NCBI GenBank assembly: GCA_026625185.1
Contig: CP113000.1
Span: forward strand, 433,541 to 465,540
DNA from: Thermodesulfobacteriota bacterium
GTDB lineage: Bacteria > Desulfobacterota > WTBG01 > JAGOGO01
DNA length: 32,000 nucleotides
Reading direction: 5' to 3'
A program made the translations under genes and the position numbers. The notes under the pieces are model-generated. The model saw nothing but the letters and a program-made list of their open reading frames with translations. It was not told where the DNA came from and ran no database searches. This document shows, piece by piece, positions 9,147-18,451 of this stretch; the first letter of the stretch is position 1, and every line of letters begins with the position of its first letter.

Positions 9147-9767
9147 TCAGACAAGGTTCTCTGCGGCGAAATCCCAATTAATCAGTTTGTCCAGCACGGC
9201 GTTGACATAGTCCGCGCGTGGGTTCTGGTAATCCAGGTAGTAGGCGTGTTCCCATACGTCGATGGTTAATAACGGTTTCATGCCTGTTGTCAAAGGGAGA
9301 TCGGCATTGGCCGTCTTTACTACCTTGAGCTTATCGCCGTCTTGAACAAGCCATACCCAGCCGCTGCCGAACTGGGCTATTGCCGCAGTCGACAACTCCT
9401 TCCTGCAGGCATCCACGCTGCCGAAGGATGCCGTTATTTTCAGCTTCAGTGCGGCGGGCAGTTCGCCTCCACCCTTCGGTTTCAGACTGCGCCAATAAAA
9501 CGTGTGGTTCCATGTTTGCGCTGCATTATTGAAGATCGGGGCCTTGTCAGCTTTGCCGGCTGTCTTGGTAATGATTTTCTCCAATGGCAGGTCCGCAAAC
9601 TCAGTTCCTGCTACCCATTTGTTCAGGTTATCGACATATCCCTTGTGATGCTTTCCATAGTGGAAACCAATTGTATTTGCAGAGATTACAGGGCTCAGCG
9701 CGTTATCCGCGTAGGGCAGGGGCGGTAGGACATGCGAAGATACACTTTTGATCTGGTCATTGTTCAT
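9147..9767 (-). CDS. sodB: Iron superoxide dismutase
   Basis: [16 protein letters not shown]..., [51 protein letters not shown] lies 7 nt upstream of ATG 9767. The track start at 9782 would include the SD. Confidence 0.9.
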   Translation of the reverse strand: MNNDQIKSVSSHVLPPLPYADNALSPVISANTIGFHYGKHHKGYVDNLNKWVAGTEFADLPLEKIITKTAGKADKAPIFNNAAQTWNHTFYWRSLKPKGGGELPAALKLKITASFGSVDACRKELSTAAIAQFGSGWVWLVQDGDKLKVVKTANADLPLTTGMKPLLTIDVWEHAYYLDYQNPRADYVNAVLDKLINWDFAAENLV

Positions 9768-10011
9768 TATTTTTCCTCCCATGAAAAAGCTTCAGTCAAC
9801 AGAAAACTGAAGGCAAGTTTATCTTTTTGACATGGATGATGATCACGTTAACCTCCCATTCGAGCTCGATCGCTCAACATTCTGGTTCAAATAAGGCGTC
9901 CCGATCTCCAAAACGATTTCCCAATTAATCAAGGAATATGCGGGCTTACCTTATCTCTTCGACCATCAATGCCTGTCAACTTTATCATCCCTCTCTGTTT
10001 CAAATAACCCT

Positions 10012-11046
10012 TCAGGCGCTAACGCCTATTAATCTCAATGGATCATAAGCCTTCTTGCTTTTTAATACTCCGTACGCAATCGTTAAAAGTTTCCTTGCTA
10101 CCGCTACAATTGCTATCTTCTTTCCCCGCCGCTTCATGATCCGCTCAAAAAACTCCCGCAACGGCCGGGATCCATAACTGCTCATACGCGCTATCACATG
10201 AGCACATTGTAACAATACCCGCCTGACTTCCTGACGACCATCCCGATTGATCCTCCCCAAATGCGTAATTCCCCCACTCTGATATATCCGCGGGGTTAAT
10301 GCCCCATACTTCGCAACACATTTCTTGCTGTCAAACCGCCCGGCATCATCCAAAGCGCTAATGATCACCCGCGATGACAATCTGCCAAGGCTGGGTATGC
10401 TCTCCAATAACTCTATCCTCTTATCCCTTATCGCCCCAATCTCTTTCGTCAGCTTCTCCTCTGCTCTCAGTAAACTATCAATACTATCCATGAAGCTCTC
10501 GATAATCAGTTTCTGTACCTCCCCTATCTTTATCCCTTTAAGCCTCTCCCGCCAGTGCTTGCTCTGAAAAAATTTCTCCGGCAGACTATGTCCTTCTTGT
10601 TTCATCTGACCGCGGATACTGTTGATCAAAGCCACCCGCTTACCCTGTAACCGCTGCCTTGCACTGATCAACTCCCGCAACTCCCGTATCTTTCCCCCCA
10701 CAATATGAACTTTCCGCGGCAACATATCCCCCCGTCCCAGGTGTGCCAGCTTGCAGGCATCTATATTGTCCGTCTTGCCGCTGCTTTGATTGATCCACTT
10801 AATCTCGTTGGGATGAACCACGTGAATTTCTACTCCTTCCATCTCTTGCAACGTCTTCGCTATCCACTTTAACTGATTGCCCGCCTCGAATATCACCAGC
10901 TTTTTCTGAACCCCCAAACCTTTTATTAAACCCTTTAGTCCTGCACCGGTCGGCGCTATCTCCCCAGTTACCAAAACCCGTTTCTTTTCGTTAATACCGT
11001 GGACAATAAAACTCTTGCTACTTATGTCCATTCCAAGGTATATCAT
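10012..11046 (-). mobile_element. IS110-family (DEDD) transposase gene; element ends not determinable from one copy
   Basis: MIYLGMDISSKSF..., FEAGNQ, GKTDNIDACKLA, C-terminal ...IPSLGRLSSRVIISALDD...FDSKKCVAKYGALTPRIYQSGG... (IS110/IS116/IS902-type C-domain). Confidence 0.85.
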
Positions 11047-11243
11047 ATTTGCCCCCTTTCGTTGGTTGGTTCTTTGTTTTTTTACCTAACCAACTGTTGC
11101 GCCTTCGGGCTTAACTGTCAACTGACGTTTGGGGGCTTTTTCATAGTATCTCCTATATTGTGTTGTAAAAGCCTATTGGCTTGTGCTTAAGCGGAATCCT
11201 GCCAAGTCCCTGTTCTTCTCGAGGACGGCGAACAGCCCACTCA

Positions 11244-11636
11244 CTATTCAGTCGTTTTACCGTCAAAGTGTTCTTTGTCATTCTCCGCTTCGGCGCGGGT
11301 ATAATGGACAATGCCGTCCTGATGATTCGGCGGCGCATAGAGCGTATAGAGCTTCAGTGGAATACTGCCGGTATTGATGATGTTGTGATTCATCCCAGCC
11401 GGGACGATCATGGCGAAGCCCGCCCTGATCAACGTGTGGACCCAATCGAGAACGACCTCGCCCGTCCCTTTCTCCACGCGAAAGAACTGATCGAGCGTGT
11501 GCACTTCCATCCCGATCTCTTCCTTGGGTTTCAACGCCATGACAACAAGCTGACAGTTCTTAGCTGTGTAAAGTACCCGGCGAAATTTCTCATTCTTTAC
11601 GGTGATCTCTTCGATGTTTTGGATAAAACCTTTCAT
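11244..11636 (-). CDS. Cupin-domain protein
   Basis: 130 aa with cupin motifs: KPKEEIGMEVHTLDQFFRVEKGTGEVVLD ... MIVPAGMNHNIINTG. Confidence 0.7.
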   Translation of the reverse strand: MKGFIQNIEEITVKNEKFRRVLYTAKNCQLVVMALKPKEEIGMEVHTLDQFFRVEKGTGEVVLDWVHTLIRAGFAMIVPAGMNHNIINTGSIPLKLYTLYAPPNHQDGIVHYTRAEAENDKEHFDGKTTE

Positions 11637-11686
11637 AATAACTCCTTTGGTTGACGATATTAAACATCGTCGTTAGTTAGATTGCC

Positions 11687-12511
11687 TCAAGTTTTAAGGA
11701 ATGCCAGTAGGTCGGCATTGAGCTTGTCTTTGTGTGTGTACGCGAGGCCGTGGGGTGCACCTGCATAGATCTTTAGGGTCGCATTTTTGACCAGTTTCGA
11801 AGAACAAAGAGCAGCGGCGCCGATCGGCACGATCTGGTCGTCGTCGCCGTGAAGGATCAGTGTCGTCACGTCGAACTTCTTAAGATCTTCGGTGAAATCT
11901 GTCTCGGAGAAAGCCTTGATGCAGTTGAAGGTGTTCTTGTGACCGGCTTGCATCCCCTGGAGCCAGAACGAGTCAATTATGCCCTGCGAGACCTTGGCAC
12001 CCGGCCTGTTGGCGCCGAAGAATGGACCGCTGGCAAGATCCTTATACAGCTGCGAGCGGTCAGCGATGGAGCCGAGGCGGATCTCGTCGAACACCTCCAT
12101 CGGCAAGCCTCCGGGATTGGCCGCCGTTTTCAGCATCAGAGGCGGGACGGCGGAAATCAGCGCGGCTTTGGCCACCCGTTTCGTACCGTGGCGGCCGATA
12201 TAGCGGGCAACTTCGCCGCCGCCCGCTGAAAAGCCGATTAAAACGGCGCCCTTCAGGTCGAGCATCTCGATGAGCTCCGAGAGGTCGTCGGCATAAGTAT
12301 CCATCTCGTTACCACTCCAGGGCTGGATAGATCGGCCATGCCCGCGGCGGTTATGAGCAATGCAACGGTAGCCGTTGGAGGCCAGGAACACCATCTGAGC
12401 CTCCCAGCTATCCGCGCTGAGGGGCCAGCCGTGGCTGAACAGCACAGGCTGTCCTGTGCCCCAGTTCTTGTAATAAATCTGCGTACCGTCTTTCGTCGTA
12501 ATTGTATTCAT
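11687..12511 (-). CDS. Alpha/beta hydrolase of the non-haem haloperoxidase / arylesterase type
   Basis: [40 protein letters not shown]...NRRGHGRS, nucleophile elbow GFSAGGGE, ...[17 protein letters not shown] chose ATG 12511, the family-typical N-terminus, rather than the track start at 12613. Confidence 0.85.
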   Translation of the reverse strand: MNTITTKDGTQIYYKNWGTGQPVLFSHGWPLSADSWEAQMVFLASNGYRCIAHNRRGHGRSIQPWSGNEMDTYADDLSELIEMLDLKGAVLIGFSAGGGEVARYIGRHGTKRVAKAALISAVPPLMLKTAANPGGLPMEVFDEIRLGSIADRSQLYKDLASGPFFGANRPGAKVSQGIIDSFWLQGMQAGHKNTFNCIKAFSETDFTEDLKKFDVTTLILHGDDDQIVPIGAAALCSSKLVKNATLKIYAGAPHGLAYTHKDKLNADLLAFLKT

Positions 12512-12780
12512 TGTTTGCGCGACCTTTTTTACTGAATAAATTGTTAGATTCGGCAAGAAATATTTCTGGAACTCCTGCACACCTCCTGTAAAATTATCTA
12601 ACCTTCTCCCCACACGCCAATGGAATCTATTTGGACTACTCGACGTTTACGCTCCCAAGCCGTTTAGGTCGTTAACGAGTTTGATTGCTATATCATTGTT
12701 AATTGCGTTTTTGGCCGTGCCATCCTTCCTATTGCAATCTTGGTAATGGAGGGAGCGACACGAGCTTTTCTAATAGAATC

Positions 12781-14607
12781 CTATTCATCCTGCGAGAAAA
12801 TAACTACTGTGTATGGCCCGATGCTGATTTCGCCGGAGCAGGGCAGTCCATCGAGTCCTTCTTCATGAGTTTGGACGTCAGGCGTAGGATGATTATAAAA
12901 GTTTAAGCCGTAGTTGTACGAATCACTGTTAAATCGCGTTTTCCACAATCCGGCCCTCGGAAAACCGATGCGATACCCATCGCGGTTTTGATTGGTCATA
13001 TTCACTACCACAACGACGCTATCGGTTGGTCCCAGTTTGTCCCAGCGATGGAAAGCGATGAGCTTGGCTCCATCGTCAAAATGATAGATTTGGATATTTT
13101 GACCGCACAACCCCCGCGTCACACCCGATAGATTGCGCCGTAGGGTGATCAGATCCCGATACATTCCGAGAATACCGTGTTCGTCCTCAGCTCGAGACCA
13201 ATCAATCTGGACTTTATCCTGGAACCAGCGATCTTCCAGCAACTCCTGCCCTTTAAAAAGCATCGGAATGCCGGGCGCAGTGAGAACGAGCGCGGCGCCC
13301 AGGGTGGAGCGTTTCTTAGAAAACCAGCTATCCACTTTCCCTGGCCAGATCTCCTCCGGCACCCGGGCTCGACCATTAGCAACCTCGTCGTGCGACTCAG
13401 TATAAATGACCCGTTCAAAGGCGTCTAACTCGTAGCGATGCTCGATCGCTCTACTGACTGCCCCCAAATCGCGGAGATTATCATCACTGGCGATGACGGC
13501 ATAGCGAACAGGGTGAACAAACTCACTATCCCACTGCGCACTGAAGCCTCCGCCACCCGCCCCTGTATCTTTGTTGACCCATACGTTATTCTTCAAATCT
13601 TCAGCGATGCTGATCTTGCCCGGAAAACGTTTCTGGATTTCCTCATTAATCCACTGCATCAGGCTCCAGCCTTCGGGGATGTCATTAGCCGGATTTCCTT
13701 CATTGCCCTCAATGTTCTTGATATAGGTTATGGCATCCCAACGCAGCCCATCGGCGTGGTATTCCTCAAGCCACATCAGAGCGTTATCGCACAGATAGCG
13801 GCGCACTTCATCCCGGCCATAATCGGGGCGTGTATCTCCCCAAGGTGTTTTCGAGCGGTGATCATTGTAGAAGTAAATGCCCCCTTTCTCATTTTCGCAC
13901 CAACCGTCAAACCGCCACAAATCAAGATCGGAGGGACCAAAGTGGTTGTAAACGACATCTACGATAACAGCAATACCATGCAAATGGGCCGCCTTTACAA
14001 ATCGCTTAAAGGCATCGGGCCCACCGTAAATACTTTCAACGGCAAAGGGATGAGACGGATTGTAGCCCCACGAAAAGTCGCCTGAAAACTCCATGACCGG
14101 CATCACTTCCACGGCATTGATACCCAGTTCCTGAAGATAGGGCAATTTTTCCATGGCACTATCCATCGTGCCCGGATGCCCCTCTTCTTTGACGTGAAAG
14201 GTACCGATGTGCATCTCGTAAATGATAAGCTCATTCCACGAGGCAATAGTAAAGGTATCATCACCCCAATCGAAGGTTTGGGGATCATAGATAATTCCGT
14301 TGCCTGCTGCCTTCGTCACTTTTCTGGTATAAGGATCCATGCGAGAAAGAGGAGGGAGATTCCAATCAGCAGGAGCGTGAATCAAATATCGGTACTCATC
14401 GCCCACTTTTGCCTCCGACACGCCAGTAGACCAGTATCCGTTTTTCTCATTGACGAGGGGTGCAGGGGTTTTGCTCCAGTCATTGAAGGTTCCGGTGACG
14501 TAAACCTTTTCAGCATGGGGTGCCCATACTCGGAAGGTTACACCCTTTGCATCGGGAATGGCCCCCATGCCGGGATGTTTAGTCATGGTACGAGCCTTTT
14601 TTGTCAT
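12781..14607 (-). CDS. GH13 alpha-amylase-family glucan enzyme with an N-terminal CBM48-like module (branching-enzyme-like)
   Basis: GVTFRVWAPHAEKVYVTGTFNDW; GH13 regions VDVVYNHFGP, DGLRWDAITYI, SIAEDL, YTESHDEVANG. ATG 14607 has GGGAGAAG upstream. The track start at 14694 would overlap the small pseudogene upstream. Confidence 0.85.
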   Translation of the reverse strand: MTKKARTMTKHPGMGAIPDAKGVTFRVWAPHAEKVYVTGTFNDWSKTPAPLVNEKNGYWSTGVSEAKVGDEYRYLIHAPADWNLPPLSRMDPYTRKVTKAAGNGIIYDPQTFDWGDDTFTIASWNELIIYEMHIGTFHVKEEGHPGTMDSAMEKLPYLQELGINAVEVMPVMEFSGDFSWGYNPSHPFAVESIYGGPDAFKRFVKAAHLHGIAVIVDVVYNHFGPSDLDLWRFDGWCENEKGGIYFYNDHRSKTPWGDTRPDYGRDEVRRYLCDNALMWLEEYHADGLRWDAITYIKNIEGNEGNPANDIPEGWSLMQWINEEIQKRFPGKISIAEDLKNNVWVNKDTGAGGGGFSAQWDSEFVHPVRYAVIASDDNLRDLGAVSRAIEHRYELDAFERVIYTESHDEVANGRARVPEEIWPGKVDSWFSKKRSTLGAALVLTAPGIPMLFKGQELLEDRWFQDKVQIDWSRAEDEHGILGMYRDLITLRRNLSGVTRGLCGQNIQIYHFDDGAKLIAFHRWDKLGPTDSVVVVVNMTNQNRDGYRIGFPRAGLWKTRFNSDSYNYGLNFYNHPTPDVQTHEEGLDGLPCSGEISIGPYTVVIFSQDE

Positions 14608-14650
14608 TTTCTTCTCCCAATCCGAATCGTTTTCCTCTGAACCGGGATGG

Positions 14651-14844
14651 TCACCTCCCCACGTGAATCCTGGAGAGGGAACTAAGGAGTCCAAAAACGT
14701 TCAGGAGCCACAAAATTATTGCAATGACCACGACGGCATTCAAGATCGACTTGATGGAGCCCGCCATCGGGATGAAACGGTGTTGATAAGCCAGAGAATA
14801 ACACCAACCACGACCAGGTTCACCACGAGTAGTATTAAAGACAT
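14651..14844 (-). pseudogene. Thivi_2564-like small membrane protein gene with a 1-nt frameshift
   Basis: AAGGAGG then ATG 14844. The reading is MSLILLVVNLVVVGVILWLINT, then the frame breaks near 14776-14778. The next frame reads FIPMAGSIKSILNAVVVIAIILWLLNVFGLLSSLSRIHVGR*. The joined product aligns end to end with the intact paralogue at 18095..18286. The span is 194 nt, i.e. 3n-1. Confidence 0.7.
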
Positions 14845-14862
14845 ACTACACCTCCTTGTCTT

Positions 14863-14893
14863 CCGAGGCAGACAACCCTATGTCCGCTCCCGG
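14863..14893 (-). promoter_or_regulatory. Conserved 5'-leader hairpin immediately upstream of the SD of the Thivi_2564-like gene (copy 1)
   Basis: Minus strand: CCGGGAGCGGACA-tagggt-TGTCTGCCTCGG. This gives 12 pairs with one bulged A and two G-U pairs. It is followed by aagacAAGGAGGtgtagtATG. Confidence 0.5.
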
Positions 14894-14993
14894 TTGTATT
14901 GTTGATTATTGCCAATTTAAGGCGAAAGTCAGCGCAGCACTTTAAAACCCTCGTTGCCGACTCCTCCGCGTGACAAAAGTCGTGCTTGGCCAC

Positions 14994-15149
14994 CTAAAGC
15001 CGACCCAAAAGAAGCAGGATTATCAGAATCACCAGTACCAAACCCAGCAGTCCGCTGGGGTAGTAACCCCACTGCCGGCTGTGAGGCCAAACGGGTATTA
15101 CACCCAACAGTACCAAAACTAAGACGACGATCAAGATAGTTCCGAGCAT
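14994..15149 (-). CDS. DUF3309-family small membrane protein (51 aa)
   Basis: My translation: MLGTILIVVLVLVLLGVIPVWPHSRQWGYYPSGLLGLVLVILIILLLLGRL*. AAAGGAGA SD upstream. Below the 60 aa cut-off of the ORF track. Confidence 0.85.
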   Translation of the reverse strand: MLGTILIVVLVLVLLGVIPVWPHSRQWGYYPSGLLGLVLVILIILLLLGRL

Positions 15150-15164
15150 ATCGTTTCTCCTTTC

Positions 15165-15299
15165 TTAGTAAAAATAACCCGGCTCCGGGTAACTCAGCGA
15201 CTGCGGGTCGTTTTCTTTGAGGGATTTTTGCTTTTTCCTTTGTTCCCCGCCATCGCGTTCGTGACTGTCAGCTTTCTTGACTCCCCGCCAAATTTTTAT
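15165..15299 (-). other. Hydrophilic leader ORF ending ...PEPGYFY* (copy 1); no canonical start codon found
   Basis: The frame shared with the downstream DUF3309 gene reads ...RIKIWRGVKKADSHERDGGEQRKKQKSLKENDPQSLSYPEPGYFY, then TAA (15167..15165). It aligns with copy 2, where the differences include 6 synonymous codon changes. I found no ATG/GTG/TTG in this frame after the upstream stop at 15344. Confidence 0.3.
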
Positions 15300-15394
15300 C
15301 CTGCGCGTCGAGCATTTCTTCGAACGCTTTTTGTTTATCTCTCAAAACAATTTCCGCGCGTTTTAAATATTGCGCCTCCGATTATCGATTTTTC

Positions 15395-16303
15395 TTAACT
15401 TCGGCAGAGCAAGTTGCTATTAACTAACTCGTTTTTAAATCTTACACCGTGCGGGAGTATCGGCAGAATGTCTTCGTAAATATCAAAGGCGTCTTGCCGT
15501 TCCATATGGAGAAAGTGTCCTGCGCCTTTTACGATTCTAACCTCGCAGTGAAGAACTTGGGAAGCAAGAAATCGAACATCTTCCAAATCGATAATCGTAT
15601 CGTTTTCTCCGTAAATCAAAAACGTTTTTGCCTTAATTTTTGAAAGGTTAATTAAATTACCTATTTTTTTTGTCGATACCATCAATAATCCATGTTCATA
15701 AAACGCATGCAAGGTTTCCGGGCTCATAGCATGAAACTGGGTGCCAATTTTATTTTTAATGCTTTCAGGAAGATTTTGGCCGAAGCTTTCTATTAATACA
15801 TCAGCTATTTTTTGCCGGTTTTGTGAGTCTATCTGTAAGCCCTTATTAATAGTTTCTACCATCGCATCGTTGGCTTTTGTTCCCAGGCTTGCTAAACATA
15901 ATTGTTTTACTTCATTACGATACCGCGAGGCAAATGCCAGCGCAATTATTCCTCCCCATGAAGCAGAACATATTGAAACGTTCCTATTTGTTCCGGTAGC
16001 TTTTATTACCTCGCGTAAAATATTTACCTGCTCATCCAGTGAAACAGAAATAGACCCAGAACCAATTTTCCCTTTGCCCTGGTTAGGAAAATCAAAAAGC
16101 ACTACCCGATAGTAGGGAGCATAACGCAAGACAAAAGTAAGCCACATTGCCATAGACTGCTGTACTCCATTAAGACATATAATATGCGGCCCTTCATTCT
16201 CATAAATCCGGTATGGAACCACAAATCTCCCTATTTCAATCGTTCCTTTTACGATTTCTGAGCCATGACGCATATATTTAGTAAAATGAGATGAATTAAA
16301 CAT
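15395..16303 (-). CDS. Alpha/beta-fold hydrolase
   Basis: 302 aa. HIICLNGVQQSMAMW..., nucleophile elbow CSASWGG, ...IYGENDTIID, GAGHFLHME. AAGGAGA SD. Confidence 0.75.
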   Translation of the reverse strand: MFNSSHFTKYMRHGSEIVKGTIEIGRFVVPYRIYENEGPHIICLNGVQQSMAMWLTFVLRYAPYYRVVLFDFPNQGKGKIGSGSISVSLDEQVNILREVIKATGTNRNVSICSASWGGIIALAFASRYRNEVKQLCLASLGTKANDAMVETINKGLQIDSQNRQKIADVLIESFGQNLPESIKNKIGTQFHAMSPETLHAFYEHGLLMVSTKKIGNLINLSKIKAKTFLIYGENDTIIDLEDVRFLASQVLHCEVRIVKGAGHFLHMERQDAFDIYEDILPILPHGVRFKNELVNSNLLCRS

Positions 16304-16337
16304 TGCTTCTCCTTACTGTCATGGGCGACAAAAAAAA

Positions 16338-16784
16338 TTAATTCTTCAAAGTTTTAAGATACGCCTTTCTATCTTGAACTGCTTTTTTAACTCTCATGCC
16401 AACAGCAAACTGGTTTAAACCTTCAGACTCTGCCTTATGAGCCGCGCCAGAGGTAATCTTTGCGGCCTCTAACGTATTGTCTCCGCTTTCAACGAGCTCG
16501 GCTACAGAAGCTACCGCGTTTTTCAATGCCCTCCCATTTCTCCCTTCACCCCATAAATCCAATAAAACACTTTTTATGTCGGCGAGTAATGCTCTGGATG
16601 ATATCAATCTTTTTACCGAATTTTCTGTAATCGTTATGAATTCATCAGATACGCCTTTGTTTTTCAGTTCCAACTTTAATTGTTCAAATGTGGTATCGAC
16701 TGGTTCGCAATATCCCGGGAGGCGAATAAATGAAACAAGCATAATAGCAAAAATAACTATGGGTAAGGCATTCTTTTTTTGCAT
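16338..16784 (-). CDS. Secreted hypothetical protein
   Basis: 148 aa with a signal-like N-terminus (MQKKNALPIVIFAIMLVSFIRLPGYC). GGAGA SD. No family recognised. Confidence 0.55.
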   Translation of the reverse strand: MQKKNALPIVIFAIMLVSFIRLPGYCEPVDTTFEQLKLELKNKGVSDEFITITENSVKRLISSRALLADIKSVLLDLWGEGRNGRALKNAVASVAELVESGDNTLEAAKITSGAAHKAESEGLNQFAVGMRVKKAVQDRKAYLKTLKN

Positions 16785-16893
16785 ATAGTATCTCCTTGAT
16801 AGGGCAAAATTTCGAACTTTTCAACAGAACGACCATGGGCTGAATAAGGCGAAAAACAACAAGCGTTATAGTATGGCCCTTGTCTAAACATAA

Positions 16894-17106
16894 TCAAGAC
16901 GATGGGTTCTTTTCCTTCATCCTTCCAATCATCATCAGTAAGCATCCGGTCAGCAAGCCAATTACGAAACTCGCCAGAATTGATAGGACTAAAGAGGTGG
17001 AAATTTGCCAGAAAAGAAAATTAAGAATTACAGGCTGAGTGTTCTGAATGGCAAATATCAGCAAAAGAATGAGAAGGACGATTATGGCGATCACTTTAGC
17101 ACTCAT
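16894..17106 (-). CDS. LapA-domain (DUF1049) small inner-membrane protein
   Basis: MSAKVIAIIVLLILLLIFAIQNTQPVILNFLFWQISTSLVLSILASFVIGLLTGCLL. Two TM segments with the QN..V...F..W pattern of the family. Confidence 0.7.
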   Translation of the reverse strand: MSAKVIAIIVLLILLLIFAIQNTQPVILNFLFWQISTSLVLSILASFVIGLLTGCLLMMIGRMKEKNPSS

Positions 17107-17178
17107 TTATTCCACCCCTTTTTTTAAAGCGTTTAATTCTGAAACAAAACGTGCTGTCTGAGTGAGGAGAACTGATGA

Positions 17179-17493
17179 CTACTTCACGATCAGATTATTC
17201 TTTACGGATTTGACTCCCCCGACAGCCCTTGCAATTTGGCCCGCTCGATCGATGGCCGTTTGAGAATCAACGAAACCACTCAGCTGAACGGTGCCCTTAT
17301 AAGTTTCGACACTGATCTGGAAGGACTTGAGAAAATCATCATTTGCAAGCTGAGTTTTTACCTTGCTCGTGATGACCGTATCGTCAAGGTATTGACCGGG
17401 ACTTTCATGTTTGCGTGTCGATGCACAGGCCACAAAGGTGGCAATCAGCACAAGAAGGATAACATAGCGAATCAAGATACCTTTCTTTTTCAT
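17179..17493 (-). CDS. BON-domain (OsmY-like) lipoprotein
   Basis: Lipobox-like LIATFVAC, then VITSKVKTQLANDDFLKSFQISVETYKGTVQLSGFVDSQTAIDRAGQIARAVGGVKSVKNNLIV. Confidence 0.85.
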   Translation of the reverse strand: MKKKGILIRYVILLVLIATFVACASTRKHESPGQYLDDTVITSKVKTQLANDDFLKSFQISVETYKGTVQLSGFVDSQTAIDRAGQIARAVGGVKSVKNNLIVK

Positions 17494-17545
17494 AGTAGTT
17501 ACTCCTTTCTAACTGTTTAATATTGCCACTAAAAACCCTGTCCAA

Positions 17546-17596
17546 CTAAGGATTGAGCCCCTTTATCAGGATCACCACAATTTGAATTAAAGGCAT
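17546..17596 (-). pseudogene. Truncated remnant of a third Thivi_2564-like gene
   Basis: GGGAGG SD then ATG 17596: MPLIQIVVILIKGLNP*. The intact paralogue begins MPLLQLIIVLVVVG. The same conserved hairpin lies upstream. The remaining sequence down to the BON gene keeps only faint similarity. Confidence 0.45.
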
Positions 17597-17618
17597 AAAA
17601 TATACACCTCCCTATTTT

Positions 17619-17649
17619 CCGAGGCAGACACCTTTGTGTTCGCTCCCGG
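17619..17649 (-). promoter_or_regulatory. Conserved 5'-leader hairpin (copy 2)
   Basis: Minus strand: CCGGGAGCGAACA-caaagg-TGTCTGCCTCGG. The 3' arm is identical to copy 1. The 5' arm has one change, which turns a G-U pair into A-U. The loop differs at 4 of 6 positions. Confidence 0.5.
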
Positions 17650-17754
17650 TTCTGCACTGTTCCATAGGGCATATTTGAGGTTCAAGCTCGCCGCTATACT
17701 TTCAAAAGCGCTTGTTGCCATCTTCTGCGCGTGACATCAGTCGTGCATGGCCAC

Positions 17755-17910
17755 CTAAAGCCGACCCAAAAGCAGCAGGATGACCAGAATCACCAGGACT
17801 ACACCCAGCAGTCCGCTCGGGTAGTAACCCCACTTTCGGCTGTGAGGCCACGTGGGTATGGCACCCACCAGCATCAAAATCAAGAGGACGATCAAAATAG
17901 TTCCGAGCAT
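17755..17910 (-). CDS. DUF3309-family small membrane protein (51 aa core), open in-frame to an upstream hydrophilic ORF
   Basis: MLGTILIVLLILMLVGAIPTWPHSRKWGYYPSGLLGVVLVILVILLLLGRL*. GAAAGGAGA SD before ATG 17910. The 116 aa track ORF (17755..18105) starts at a TTG and reads through because the leader stop is TTA here. Confidence 0.85.
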   Translation of the reverse strand: MLGTILIVLLILMLVGAIPTWPHSRKWGYYPSGLLGVVLVILVILLLLGRL

Positions 17911-18060
17911 ATCGTTTCTCCTTTCTAAGTAAAAATGACCCGGCCCTGGGGAACTAAGCTCCTGCGGGTCTTTTTCTTTGGAAGATTGTTGCTTCTTTTC
18001 TTGCTCCCCGCGGTCGCGTTCGGGACTGTCAGTATTTTTTGACAGACGAGTGGTGGGCAC
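17911..18060 (-). other. Hydrophilic leader ORF (copy 2) lacking its stop, so fused in-frame to DUF3309
   Basis: ...TDSPERDRGEQEKKQQSSKEKDPQELSSPGPGHFY-L-ERRND-M. Possible GTG start at 18060 (AAGGG 8 nt upstream). Copy 1 has TAA where this copy has TTA (17926..17924). Confidence 0.35.
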
Positions 18061-18094
18061 ATAAATGCCCTTTGCAATTTTTATTTTAGACTCT

Positions 18095-18286
18095 TTACTT
18101 CCCAATACGAATCGTTGAGAGGTCTCCTATAAGTCCGAAGACACTCAATAGCCATATAATCACAACAATAATTACTACCACATTCAAAATTTTTTTTATG
18201 GTAGATTGCATTGGTATGTAGCTATTAATCACCCATAGAATCACTCCAACGACAACCAAAACAATTATTAATTGAAGTAACGGCAT
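18095..18286 (-). CDS. Thivi_2564-like small membrane protein (intact, 63 aa)
   Basis: MPLLQLIIVLVVVGVILWVINSYIPMQSTIKKILNVVVIIVVIIWLLSVFGLIGDLSTIRIGK. AAAGGAGA SD. Confidence 0.8.
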   Translation of the reverse strand: MPLLQLIIVLVVVGVILWVINSYIPMQSTIKKILNVVVIIVVIIWLLSVFGLIGDLSTIRIGK

Positions 18287-18394
18287 ATTATTTCTCCTTT
18301 CATAATGAGGATTGAGGAGAAGGGATACTTTTCCCTCTCCATTTACTGTTTCTTTTCCATCTGCCTAATGATGTGCAATCATCTGATTGAAATG

Positions 18395-18451
18395 TTAATA
18401 AAAGTAGCCATCCTTATTTTCTATCATATTGTTCTTCTCCCCCTCTTTCAT
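18395..18451 (-). CDS. Candidate micro-ORF ending ...KDGYFY* (18 aa from ATG; 38 aa if GTG 18511 is used)
   Basis: MKEGEKNNMIENKDGYFY*. The final four codons GGC TAC TTT TAT differ from copy 1 (GGT TAT TTT TAC) only at synonymous third positions. Confidence 0.35.
   Translation of the reverse strand: MKEGEKNNMIENKDGYFY

Noticed and set aside
9973-11123. 9-bp direct repeat CTGTCAACT at 9973-9981 and 11115-11123 flanking the IS110 transposase gene, as possible target-site duplication or element ends
   Set aside because: IS110-family elements usually make no target duplication. In flanks of this size a 9-mer match has roughly a 5-10% chance expectation. It is not enough to define the ends.
12704-12722. 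Minus-strand TGGCACGG...GCA, which resembles a sigma-54 -24 box upstream of the haloperoxidase-type hydrolase
   Set aside because: The GG-to-GC spacing is 13 nt instead of the required 10, so the -12 element is out of register.
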